A program made the translations under genes and the position numbers. Under the pieces are notes generated by a model that was not told the DNA's origin, made no database searches, and saw only the letters and a program-made list of their open reading frames with translations. Below are positions 48,062 through 60,037 of a stretch of DNA of 64,000 nt, piece after piece. Every line of letters starts with the position of its first letter. Position 1 is the first letter of the stretch. This stretch comes from Chiloscyllium plagiosum (lineage: Eukaryota), in the NCBI RefSeq assembly GCF_004010195.1, contig NC_057720.1, forward strand, positions 16,562,095 through 16,626,094, in the 5' to 3' direction.

Positions 48062-50960
48062 ACAGTCAGAGATATACAGCATGAAAACAGACAGTTCAGA
48101 CCAACCCGTCCATGCCAACCAGATATCCCGACCCATTTCTAGTCCCACCTGCCAGCACCTGGCCCATACCCCTCCAAACCCTTCCTATTCATATACCCAT
48201 CCAAATGTCTCTTAAATGTTGCAATTGTACCAGCCTCCACCACTTCCTCTGGCAGCTCATTCCACACACGTACCACCCTCTGTGTGAAAACATTGCCCCT
48301 TAGGTCTCTTTTATATCTTTCCCCTCTCACCCTAAACCTTTGCCCTCTAGTTCTGGACTCCACAACTCCAGGGAAAATACTTCGTCTATTTATCCTATCC
48401 ATGCCCCTCATAATTTTGTAAACCTCTATAAGGTCACCCCTCAGCCTCCAACGCTCCAGGGAAAACAGCCCCAGCCTGTTCAGCCTCTCCCTATAGCTCA
48501 CATCCTCCAATCCTGGCAACATCCTTGTAAATCTTTTCTGAACCCTTTCAAGTTTCACAACATCTTTCCAATAGGAAGGAGACCAGAATTGCATGCAATA
48601 TTCCAACAGTGGCATAAACAATGTTCTGCACAGCCGCAACATGACCTCTCAACTCCTGTACTCAATACTCTGACCGACAAAGGAAAGCATACCAAACGCC
48701 TTCATCGCTATCCTATCTACCTGCGACTCCACTTTCAAGGAGCTATGAACCTGCACTCCAAGGTCTCTTTGGTCAGCAACACTCCCGAGGTCCTTACCAT
48801 CAAGTGTATAAGTCCTGCTAAGATTTGCTTTCCCAAAATGCAGCACCTCGCATTTACCTGAATTAAACTCCATCTGCCACTTCTCAGCCCATTGGCCCAT
48901 CTGGTCAAGATCCTGTTGTAATCTGAGGTAACCCTCTTCGCTGTCCACTACACCTCCAATTTTGGCGTCATCTACAAATTTACTAACTATACCTCTTATG
49001 CTCGCATCCAAATCATTTATGTAAACGACAAAAAAAAGAGGACCCAGCACCGATCCTTGTGGCACTCTACTGGTCACAGGCCTCCAGTCTGAAAAACAAC
49101 CCTCCACCACCACCCTCTGTCTTCTACCTTTGAGCCAGTTCTGTAGCCAAAAGGCCATTTCTCCCTGTATTCCATGAGATCTAACCTTGCTAATCGGTCT
49201 CCCATAGGGAACCTTGTCGAACGCCTTACTGAAGTCCATATAGATCATATCTACCACTCTGCCCTCATCAATCCTCTTTGTTACTTCCTCAAAAAGCTCA
49301 ATCAAGTTTGAAAGACATGATTTCCCACGGACAAAACCATGTTGACTATCCCTAATCGGTCCTTACTTTTCCAAATACACGTACACCCTGTCCCTCAGGA
49401 TTCCCTCCAACAACTTGCCCACCACCGAGGTCAGGCTCCCCAGTCTATAGTTCCCTGGCTTGTCCTTACTATCCTTCTTAAACAGTGGCCCCAACGTTTG
49501 CCAACCTCCAGTCTTCCAGCACCTCACCTGTGACTATCGATGATATGGATTTCTCAGCAAGAGGCCCAGCAATCACTTCTCTAGCTTCCCACAGAGTTCT
49601 TGAGTACACCTGATCAGGTCCTGGGGATTTATCCACCTTTAACCGTTTCAAGACATCCAGCACTTCCTCCTCTGTAATCTGGACATTTTGCAAGATGTCA
49701 CCATCTATTTCCCTACAGTCTATATCTTCCATATCCTTTTCCACAGTAAGTACTGATGCAAAATACTCATTTAGTATCTTCCCCCATTTTCTGCGGCTCC
49801 ACACAAGGACCGCCTTGCTGATCTTTAAGGGCCCTATTCTCTCCCTAGTTACCCTTTTGTTCTTAATGTATTTGTAAAAACCCTTGGGATTCTCCTTAAT
49901 TCTATTTGCCAAAGCTATCTCATGTCCACTTTTTGCCCTCCTGATTTCCTTCTTAAGTATACTTCTACTTCCTTTTATACTCTAAGGATTCACTCCATCT
50001 CTGCTGTCTATATCTTACATCGGCTTCCTTCTTTTTCTTAACCAAACCCTTAATTTTGTTAGTCATCCAGCACTCCCTGTACCTACCAGCCTTTCCCTTC
50101 ACCCTAACAGGAATATACTTTCTCCGGATTCTTGTTATCTCATTTCTGAAGGCTTCCCATTTTCCAGCTGTCCATTTACCTGTGAACATCTGCCCCCAAT
50201 CAGCTTTCGAAACTTCTTGCCTAATATTGTCAAAATTGGCCTTCCTCCAATTTAGAACTTCAACTTTTAGATCTGGTCTATCCTTTTCCATCATTATTTT
50301 AAACAGAATAGAATTATGGTTGCTGGCCCTAAAGTACTCCCCCACTGACACCTCAGTCACCTGCCCTGCCTTATTTCCCAAGAGTAGGTCAAGTTTTGCA
50401 CCTTCTCTAGTAGGTACATCCACATACTGAATCAAAAAATTGTCTTGTACACACTTAACAAATTCCTCTCCATCTAAACCTTAATGCTATGGCAGTTCCA
50501 GTCTATGTTTGGAAATCCCCTACCATAACCACCCTATTATTCTTACAGATAGCTGAGATCTCTTTACAAGTTTGTTTCTCAATTTCCCTCTGACTATTAG
50601 GGGGTCTATAATACAATCCCAATAAGGTTATCATCCCTTTCTTATTTCTCAGTTCCACCCAAATAACTTCCCTGGATGTATTTCCGGGAATATCCTCCTT
50701 CAGTATAGTGATAATGCTATCCCTTATCAAAAATGCCACTCCCCCTCCTCTCTCACCTCCCTTTCTATCCTTCCTGTAGCATTTGTATCCTGGACCATTA
50801 AGCTGCCAGTCCTGCCCATCCCTGAGCCATGTTTCCGTAATTGCTATGTTATCCCAGTCCCATGTTCCTAACCATGCCCTGAGTTCATCTGCCTTCCCTG
50901 TTAGGCCCCTTGCATTGAAATAAATGCAGTTTAATTTATTAATCCTACCTTGCTCCTGCT
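48062..50960 (-). mobile_element. CR1 LINE, nearly complete ORF2 (APE endonuclease + RT) with a few stops and frameshifts
   Basis: CIYFNARGL, AITETWL, GGGVA, YYRPPNS, MVGDF; YMDFSKAFDKV, VPQGSVLGP, KFVDD; ORFs 50503-51015, 49965-50435, 49478-49912, 48649-49305, 48139-48642. Confidence 0.95.
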
Positions 50961-51069
50961 TGCTCTGACTGTTTGACTTATCTAACTTTATGTTTTTCAA
51001 GATACCCAACATCACCTCCTTAAATCGACATGCTCTGGACTACCAACAGCATTCCTTAATCTAAGCATC

Positions 51070-52660
51070 ATCTTTGTCCTCCTCCTCAGTGAATACTGAT
51101 GTGAAGTGCTGATTAGGGAACCTCACCTACTTCTTCAGATCCACGCACAAATCCCTCCTATGTCCTTGAGTAGACTTGCACTTTCCTTAACCAGCCTCTT
51201 GCTCCTATTATGTATATAACATCCCTTGAGATTCTCCTCAACCCTTCTTACCAAGAGCATTTCATGGTCCCTTTTAGCCCTCTAATTCCTTGTTTACTTT
51301 CTTTCCTGCTTCCTTCAGTTTTCTCAAGGGCCTAGTTTGATCTCAATTTCCTAAACTTACATTACACTGCCTTTTTCAGGAAACTTTCAATATCTTTTGT
51401 CATCCAGGGTTCTTAAATCTTGCCAACCTTATCCTTCATCCTCACAGCTAAATATTGGCCCTGGACATTGATCAACTGGCCTTCAAAAGACTCCCACATG
51501 TCAGATGTGTACTTAATCGTAAATAACTGCCACCAATCCAGTTTCTCCAATTCTTGTCTAATACTGTTGTAATTGGCCTTACCCCAATTTAGTACTTTCA
51601 TCTAAGGACCAGCCTATCCTTATCCATAACTATCTTAAAACTTATGGAATTACGATCGCTGTTCTTGAAATGCTCCCACACTGAAACTTTTGATCATCTG
51701 GCCAGGCTTATCCCCAAGAAATAGGGTCTGATATAACTCCTTTCCTAGTTGAGCCATCTACATATTGTTTCAAGATACCCTCCCGGATGCAGTTATAGCG
51801 TCATACAGACCTTTTGGTCCAACTTGTGCACACCCACCAGGGTTTCCCAAACTAAACTAGCCCCATATGTCTGTGGGGTTTGGCCAATACCCCTCTAAAC
51901 TTTTCCTATCCATGTGCCTGTCCAAATGTATTATAAATGTTGTAACTGCATCTGCAGTTACTACTTCCTCTGGCAGTTCATTCCATGTGTGCCCCACACT
52001 AAGAAAATGTTACCTTCAGGTCCCTTTTAAATCTTTCCCCTCATCTTAAAAATATGCTCTCTAGCTTTTAATTCCCCTATCCTCGTGTAAAGGTCTTTGC
52101 TATTCATTTCATCGATGCTCCTCATGATTTTATAAACATCTAACCAGTTACCCCTCAACACGCTATGCTTTCGGGGGGGGGGGGGGGCAAAAAAAATGTT
52201 CTGACCCATATAAGCCCCTGACACTAAGCCCCATGAATGGAGCCTCAATCAATATTGGGGAAGTTAAAATTACCCATTACAACATGATTTTTGCATCTTT
52301 CAATGATGTGCCTGCACACCTGTTCTTCTGTCTCCCATTGGCTCTTGGAAGGCATACAATATAAACCCCATCATGGTGACTACACCTTTCTTTTTTTGAG
52401 TTCCACTCATATGGCCTCACTGGATGAGCCCCCCACCACCCCCCGAAGATGTCCTCGCTATGTCACAGCTATGACATCAGTAATGCCCCACCCCTTATAC
52501 AGCCCTCTCTTTCGAAGTTTCAGGCATGATACTTTGAGCTGCCAGTCCCGCCCTTCTCTCAATCAAGTTTCTTTAATGGCTACAAGATCATAATTCCATG
52601 TCCTTATCCAGGTTTCAAACTCATCTGCTTAACCTATTTACTCCTTGTATTAAAATCAGA
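51070..52660 (-). mobile_element. Old CR1 endonuclease region with nested CR1 3' fragment (~51795-52165)
   Basis: KVLNWGKANYNSIRQEL and related remnants. Confidence 0.7.
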
Positions 52661-52703
52661 ATCTCAACCCTTCTGCCAATGGGAATGGTTTGTCTGTTCA
52701 GAT

Positions 52704-53394
52704 TGTTATGGATTAGGCCAGACTCCTCAAAACGTTTTTAAGCAGTAGCCCAGACCATAACTTTACTATTTGTTTACCTAGGTGTATAGTGGATATTCCC
52801 GGTGCAAATTACCTGGGACAACTGCCACATTTTAAACAAACAAGATTTATTCACAAAATTACAGAATGAAACAGACCAGAAAACAGAATACTTGGATATA
52901 GATTTGCTCGCTGAGCTGGAAGGGGAGTTTTCAGACATATCGTCAGCGTACTAGGTAACATCTTCAGTGAGCCTCTGCATACCACATAACTTATCCTATC
53001 CAAAACTGACATAATAATGCTGTTCTGAAAACACTTGCAACAATCCCAATACACACATCCCTTAACACAAAAGGTAAAATCAAACAAAGCTTTACAGTTC
53101 AAGGAGAGAAACAAGTCAGCAGCTTGTTTCACACACAACTGCTGAACTGAACCAAAAAAACCTCAGCTGCCAGGACTAGCCACTCCCCTTTCATGACAAA
53201 AATTATTTCTAAACCATGAGAGCCTTTGGCCTGAGGTATCATCTGTTTAGGGGTCAACAAAAAAAAAGGGCCCCAATAAACCAATCATCTCTGCACCAAC
53301 TCAGCCGTTTTGGAGCCTGGGCTGCTTTATGAGCCCTCTGGGAAAAAAAAATCAAGGACGCACCAACTTTGAGAAATGGACAAACTTTGTGGCA
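52704..53394 (-). mobile_element. Solo LTR related to 23811-24650
   Basis: Minus strand TGCCACAAAGTT...TCCATAACA; shared TGAAA.GGGAGTGGC.AG and GTTTTGAG..G blocks; near-TSD AGAT/AGGT. Confidence 0.7.
52891..52977 (-). mobile_element. Short PLE-derived insert with decayed HHR (family C) inside the LTR
   Basis: Minus strand CACTGAAGATGTTACCTAGTACGCTGACGATATGTCTG (GAAA>GATA); similar to 33750-33795 and 34570-34600. Confidence 0.6.
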
Positions 53395-54801
53395 AGGTCC
53401 ATCGTGATTTCGAATTCTGCTAATCAAAGCTCTCAAACTTCTCTTTTTCAAAGAGAATAGCATCAACTTGTCAAAGCTATCCACATAACTGAAGACCGTC
53501 TTCACAGTCACCATTCTCAAAATTTTCAACACTTCCTCTAACATCTTCACATTCTTCCTTAAACATGGTGCATGCCACTGAACAAAATACACAAGTTGAG
53601 GTTCAATTAGCAACGTTCACTTTTCCTCTGTAATATAATGAGGATATGGAGTACAATAGCAGGTTCCTAAAACCTTTTAAGTGACTTTCTCAACTAATCC
53701 TACCAACTTCAATGATTTGTGCCATGGTCTCTGTTCCTGAAACTCCTCTAGAATGGCACAATTTATTGTATGTTGCCTCTCCTCATTCTTCCTCCCAAAA
53801 TACACACTTCTCGACATTACATTTCAACAGCATACTTACCAATTTCATCTCTAGTCTCGAAGTCAATCATTATCGTCCTCAAATGTCAATGTTTCCTAGT
53901 TTCGTGCCATCTTCAAATGTTTAAATTGTGCCTTTTACCCAATTTAGGCCATTAATAAAAAAATTCAAGAAAAGCAACAGATCCAGTGCCATTTCCTACA
54001 GATCTCTGTACATTTTCCTCCCATTCAAAATAACCAACTCCATATCCATGTTACAACCATCTCTTTTCCTCTACATTCCTCGAAAGCCTACGTGTCACTT
54101 TTGTCAAAAGTTGTTTGGAAGTCCATGCACACCATATCATCTTCATCAACACTTTCTATTACCTCTTCAAAAACTCAAAGTTAGGTTGTACACAATTTGA
54201 CCTCAATAAATCGGTTTCCTTAATGAATAATCCAAAGGTCAGACACATACACCAGATTAATATAAGTGAAACAAAAACATATTTTAAAAATTTCATATTT
54301 GAAAACAGAAGTTCTTCTGTTCCAGAGAAAGCTCTCATTGGTAATTATGAAAGGAGTACCGTTAAAAACCTAGACACATCTCATTCACTGTTTAACATGT
54401 TCAAAAGTATATTTTACACCAAGACGAACACTATAAAAAGGGCAAATTCTCAATTTCAATTATTTTAATTGACTACCACATGCTGGAACTTCAACTGTGC
54501 AATGTACTGAAAAGTGTAGAACCAACTGACAGCATATTCTAACTAGATTTCTGCCTTTAGCAGTGCATGTGGTCTTCAGAACTTACTGTCAGTTTTACAA
54601 CAGTGAATATTGATGAAGTCAGACAAGGTGACCACTTTGTCGAACTCTTCCAGTCCATGTGCAAGCATGACCCCTGATCTTCCCTTAGCCAACTGGTTTA
54701 ATGCAGCATCCTGCTCACATGCCCACTTGTCTGAGCTTGGTACGCTGCAATGCTCCATCGAATCACTATGTAAACTGGAGGAATAAAATCTCATCTTCAG
54801 A

Positions 54802-55351
54802 TATACATTCATGCACACACACCCCCTACATATGCACCCTCTCACACACTTAAAACCCTTTACATTCACACACATACACACACTCGCTGACACTCACCCC
54901 CCAACCCGCACACAAGTTTGTGGGGTGAATTCATACTTGCAGAATTATATTTTCTTTTGCTAAAAAAACTGTATGAATCCATGTAAGATTCTGTAAACCC
55001 CTTTTTTAGGGCATTGAGACACAGACTTTAACCTTAAACCTTCAATGCATTATCTGAACTGACATATCAACTATTGTTAAAGTTCACTTGAGAATGTAAC
55101 TTTAAAAAAGTTCTGGGGTTTACATATGAAAGAACTGAAACCAACATGGTCATTCTAGAAGATGAGACTCTTAAACAATCCAGGTCTTTTTCGATATATC
55201 ATCTCAGTTGCAACACAGTGAAAACTTTTGCTATAAATTCTGTTTTACAATCTTAATACTCCACAACCACCTGATGAAGGAGCAGTGCTCCGAAAGCTAA
55301 TGCTTCCAAATAAACCTGTTGGACTATAACCTGGTAGTGAGATTTTTAACA
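54802..55351 (+). mobile_element. PLE 3' end/pLTR fragment (CA-rich tract + family B HHR)
   Basis: 9-bp TSD ATCTTCAGA (54793-54801, 55352-55360). Confidence 0.8.
55268..55302 (+). ncRNA. Minimal type-I hammerhead ribozyme motif (family B)
   Basis: CAC-CUGAUGA-A-GGAGC-AGU-GCUCC-GAAA-GC-UA/AUG: full core, 5-bp helix II, palindromic AGCU helix III; first helix I pair mismatched in this copy. Confidence 0.75.
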
Positions 55352-55427
55352 ATCTTCAGACTAGGCATTTTACAACCTTCTGGGTTTAATATTGAGTTCA
55401 ACACTTTCGGATTGTGAACTCATGCCT

Positions 55428-55746
55428 AGCTTTAGGGAACATCTCTGGGACACCCGCACCAAACAATCACACCGCCCTGTGGCCCAACATTTCAACTCCC
55501 CCTCCCACTCTGCCGAGGACATGGAGGTCCTGGGCCTCCTTCACTGCCACTCCCTCACCATCAGACGCCTGGAGGAAGACCGCCTCATCTTCCACCTCGG
55601 AACACTTCAACCCCAGGCCATCAAAGTGGACTTCACCAGTTTCCTCATTTCCCCTTCCCCCACCTCATCCCAGTTCCAAACTTCCAGTTACTGCTCCTCA
55701 GATGCTGCCTGAACTGCTGTGCTTTTCCAGCACCACTCTAATCTAG
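55428..55746 (+). mobile_element. PLE GIY-YIG C-terminal fragment and tail
   Basis: FREHLWDTRTKQSHRPVAQHFNSPSHS...RRLEEDRLIFHLGTLQPQAIKVDF. Confidence 0.9.
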
Positions 55747-57726
55747 ACACTCCCCCTTCCCTCCTCCTATTTCCTCTACCTTTACTGTTTGCACCATGGC
55801 TTATTTTATATTAATGCTTTAAATCACAGATCCAACTTCAAATTCTTCCCAACTTCTAATTAGAAAGAACTAGATAGATTTGTTTAATGCTGAATATAAC
55901 TTTCCACCACAAATCTTCACAAGTTTAGAAAAAAAACTTTACAGAGCATTCCATCAGGTGTAACCCATGCAACTTAGATATACAACTTCCAAGACCTTGC
56001 ACCACATTTAGTTCACTCATTTGGGCATTACTTACTTTTGTAACTTTGCTTGCTTACCAATACAAAGTTTCTATGTTGAACTTAAGTCAGCTATGTGCTT
56101 TCACATTGCCCTTGTCGTGCTTCTTTTGGCTAATCTGAAAACTTCGGAGTTTTTACATCAACAATTTAAGACTGCTGGGTGAAACTCACTTAGGATCCAT
56201 GTACATGGAACAACAAATACAAAACACATTGTGGCCTCCTTTGAATAGGTATTTTCTCTCAGCTTCTAATATGTGCAAAGATGGAATTCCAAAGCCAACT
56301 TGTCCAAAACTAACTTGTCCAAAACTCAATTATCTACTAAATCCTACTTACAACAGAACTTTCCAGGTCCTGGTCACTTCAGCAGTCACCTACCAGAACC
56401 CTACCAAATATCTCAGATGATAAAAAAGGTGGTCTTTGTCTCAAAGAGAAACAAGAACTTTATGACCTTTATTTATGAAGCAAATCAGTTAAGTTTAATT
56501 AGATAGTGACAACAATTCTGTATTATTCACATCAAGCTGGTTTACTGTTTGCATGAAAATAATCCAGTTCGAAATGTTTAATGGACTAGATTACATTTTA
56601 ATGTTTAGTTTAAAACAAAACAACAAATTGCATGCAAAGCACATGCATGCCGAACATTCATACTGGAAACCAATTACCATAGAAGCTTTTAAAAGAGTAT
56701 TTGCTAGACACCCTGGCCATAGATAGCTTGCAAATATTTGAAGTATAAGTGAATATTGTTGTGGCAGCATGCCATAAAAAGCAAGTTAAACATCCTACAA
56801 GAATCTTGCACTACTAAATGAAATTCAGGAAGATCAGAACACACACAAAAATAAAGACCAAAATTAGATAGCATCAGACCCTTGTATTTCTGGACCTAAA
56901 TATACTACAATCACAATTAAAACTTGAAAACAACTTTGCTCTTCACCAGTCATCATGCGACCAATAGTTGTGAACTTTTTAGTGCCCCTTGAAGAGTTTA
57001 TTATAATCTGCAATTGATTAAGCATACGTAAAAGGGGCATGATTACAAAATTTACAGGTATTTAGAAATTTTATACAAGTACTCAAAACGTAATTCATAG
57101 CACTGTTAAATCTTCTCCAGATTTAAATTAAATTACTTGTGAATCCATCGTACTGCCATTGTTCTATGACAGCATTTGAAAAATACTTCAGTTGCCTTAC
57201 ATAGAATCCAAAGATGAATGGCATTGTATATCATTGACCTTGAAAATGGTGACAAAAGCCACCAAATACCATTCAAAACAAATAAGGGCAAATTTAAAGA
57301 CCAACAATCCAGTTTGGAGGCACAGGCTCTGAAGTACAGCACAGCTCCTTTCAATTTCTACAACACACTCCTGACATGTTCTCCCCATTTTGCCCAAGAT
57401 CAATGCCAGTGTTCACTTTATGCGTGTGGGGTAGAGTTGCAGTGCAGAGCAGAATCTATTCAAAATAAAGAACTGCACAAAGCTCAAAATTTGACATTGA
57501 AAAAGGCTAACCCAACTTTTGCTGTTGCAGTTATTGGAGTGGTGGGAAATAGAATGATAAAATCCAAGGTTGGGGGGGGGGGGGGTGCAAGAATTGGTCG
57601 GAGATGCCATGTTGCGTGGCAAAGGAAGACATGCAAGGAGTGTGTGCCCCGTCCCGCCTGAATTGCCTGTCACGCTGTCGAGTCGGCTGAGTCCAAACCA
57701 CAACCCAACAGCCAAGGAACTGGGAA

Positions 57727-57746
57727 GAGAGAGAGAGAGAGAGAGA
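57727..57746. repeat. (GA)n microsatellite
   Basis: Direct observation. Confidence 0.95.
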
Positions 57747-57913
57747 AGGGGGGGGATTGGTGGTGGAATGGATGGCAAGCAAAGAAAATAAAGCAAAACT
57801 CCCAACCGATCTTCGTCCTCCCCCACCCCCAACCATCGCTATCTCTCTCTCTGCTGTCGGTGAGCTTATTGCAACAGGAAGGAGGAAAAAAAAACACACA
57901 CACACGCACATAC

Positions 57914-58025
57914 CTTGTTTTTTTTGGCACAAGGGAATGCGCGGAGGAGCGGCGGGCTGGGTTTTATTGTCAGCGCTCGTCCTCCATCCATCCAGGCACC
58001 GCCGCCATTTTGCTCGCTATTGTGC
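57914..58025 (-). other. Putative first exon of a minus-strand gene (5' boundary approximate)
   Basis: AAAATGGCGGCG near the start; strong donor AAG|GTATGT at 57914/57913. Confidence 0.6.
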
Positions 58026-58329
58026 CCGGAGATGGTGAAGGCGGGAGGGTAGGGGGAGGGGAGGGGAAAGAAGGGGGCGGTGGGACGCTTGGTGCGGGGG
58101 GGCAGGCCGTCGCTGAGCCCTCCCCGCGGGAACCGGCTTGGTGGTATCGGCTGGGTACAGCCTGGCGGTCGGCTTCCTGTCAGAAACACGAGCGGGCGCA
58201 ATCCTTTGTCCCCGCCAAGTGCGTGTTTGCTCTTCCAGCACCACCATCACCAACCGCCTTCCCCCCCTCCTTTCCCTCCGCCAGTGGAAGCGCCTTCCCC
58301 CCTCACCGACGCCTCTCTCCCCTGTCGCT

Positions 58330-58395
58330 GTTTTTTTTTAAAGTGGCAGCTGGGGCTTCAGGAAAGCATGGAAATGGTGGCGGCTTCCTGACCAG
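58330..58395 (+). other. Putative first exon of a divergent plus-strand transcript (5' boundary approximate)
   Basis: Donor CAG|GTGAGA at 58395/58396; candidate acceptor TTTTTCTTTCAG| at 59206. Confidence 0.4.
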
Positions 58396-58396
58396 G

Positions 58397-58397
<1 letters not shown>

Positions 58398-58428
<31 letters not shown>
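58398..58428. repeat. (GA)n microsatellite
   Basis: Direct observation. Confidence 0.95.
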
Positions 58429-60037
58429 CAGGATCCTGACTGGAAAAGAAAAATTGGATGGGTTGGTTGGGGGTGGTCTAAGAGAGAAAAAAAATAATAC
58501 CACTGATCATTTTCTCGCAGCACCCGGTTTCCTGTCTGAAGAAAAACAAAATGGGAATGAACTCCCATCAGATTCAACAAGGCAGGTGTCAAGTCGAAGG
58601 AAACTCGACGCTGCGAGAAAAATAATCATCAATGGCCAGTTGGGCCAGTTCCCCATGGGACACTGGGGAATCAGGCCTTCAGGAGAAAGCGGCCAAATAA
58701 CATTTTACTTTGTCGGTTGGGGAGTGAAAAAAAAACATCCATTGCGCCTTTTTAAAACAAATCAATCTTTCGTCATCACACATGGGAAGATCGTTGCAAA
58801 TGTGCGGTTATTTATTTTAATAGTTGCATGGATGTTTTACAAAGAAGCCTTTGGAAAGAATATCTTAATTAATATTCCGGAAGGTGTTTACCGGAGTACT
58901 GCTGACTCCATGACTCTTGGCTTTGTGGCTGCTGGTGTTTGACAGCACGTCCTGGGAAATTGTTGACAAACGATTTAACTGCTTATTTACAATTCAGGCA
59001 TGATTCCTGTCAAAATTCCAGAACTCGACCTTTCACCACTCCATTCCCCGCACATAATTTTCATTGATCTGTTTGGCATTTATCATTATAGTCCTATACC
59101 TTTTGCAAATAAAATGGGTTTTTTTCAGCCATTGTTTTGGTTGCATTTCTTCACATTGTATACATCCCACTCAACAATACCACTGTTTACATGATTTTTC
59201 TTTCAGCGAAGAGATAAATTGCTTCCATACTTAACTGCTTGGAACATAATATAAGCAGAAATAATGCAACAGATGACTCCACGGGCATGGACCAAGCTTC
59301 AGCTGCTTAGGACAGCACCACCATTTTAAATGGAAATTCACATAAACAAAACACTGTGAATACAAGGACATTCCAATTCCAAAAGCAGCTACAAAGTTTA
59401 ATGGAAAAGAAGATTCTGATCAACTGTGATAGTAATGAGAAAAAAAAGTTTTATTTGTAATATGAAGATTTCAAGCACTAATATCAAATCGTTGAAATAG
59501 CCTATAAAGAAACAGATTTTGGTATGGCAAAAACATTAAAAGAGTACCTTGCATCCGTTCTCACTTTTGAAGTTGGTGCTTAACCAATTTAATTATGTCA
59601 CTAACATTGTTAATATCAAAACATTAAAATATTGTTTTAGACAGAATTAGAAATCTTGATATAAAATAAGTAGATAGTTGAAATGATGTTCTTCTAGTGG
59701 ATCTCAAGGAAATAGGAACAGATTCTCCTAACACCTTCTTCCAACCTAATCAACCCTCCTTCCCCCAACGACTGGAAGAAGGCTAATGTTCCTATTTTTA
59801 ATGAGGGAGCTAAGACAGTATAGGATACCTTTCGGCCCAGAAGTTTGTTGTCAGTACTAAAGAGGCATGATAAAGTATGCACTATTTGGCTACTTAAAGA
59901 AGGATATATCAGGAACACTTAACATGCTAGAAAAATTAGGGCCTGCCTCACTAATTCTATTGTATGTTTTGAAGCATTTATCAAAATTGTGAATGAGGTA
60001 AACATTACCTCAATTTTCAAAACATGAAAGAGAAGTT

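Larger units (their letters stand above)
54600..55410 (+). mobile_element. Old PLE GIY-YIG remnant split by a younger PLE-end insertion
   Basis: GDHFVE...KHD...CKLEE.NLIFR | LGILQPSG, continuous across the 54802-55351 insert. Confidence 0.7.
57550..58450. promoter_or_regulatory. GC/CpG-rich, probably bidirectional promoter region of an unidentified gene
   Basis: CpG-dense, TE-free stretch; YY1 site GCCGCCATTTTG (58001-58012); ETS-like CTTCCTG (58173, 58384); GC-box GGGGCGG (58074); outward-facing splice donors on both strands. Confidence 0.8.

Noticed and set aside
395..54200. Apparent excess of minus-strand CR1 copies
   Set aside because: Too few and too nested to distinguish from chance by eye.
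56297..56326. 15-bp tandem duplication AACTTGTCCAAAACT x2
   Set aside because: Simple slippage; no further structure.
57137..58025. Naming the host gene
   Set aside because: No coding exon recognised in the window; any symbol would be a guess.
57413..58942. Many overlapping ORFs at the CpG island
   Set aside because: They cross microsatellites and homopolymers and have no recognisable domain; expected in GC-rich DNA.
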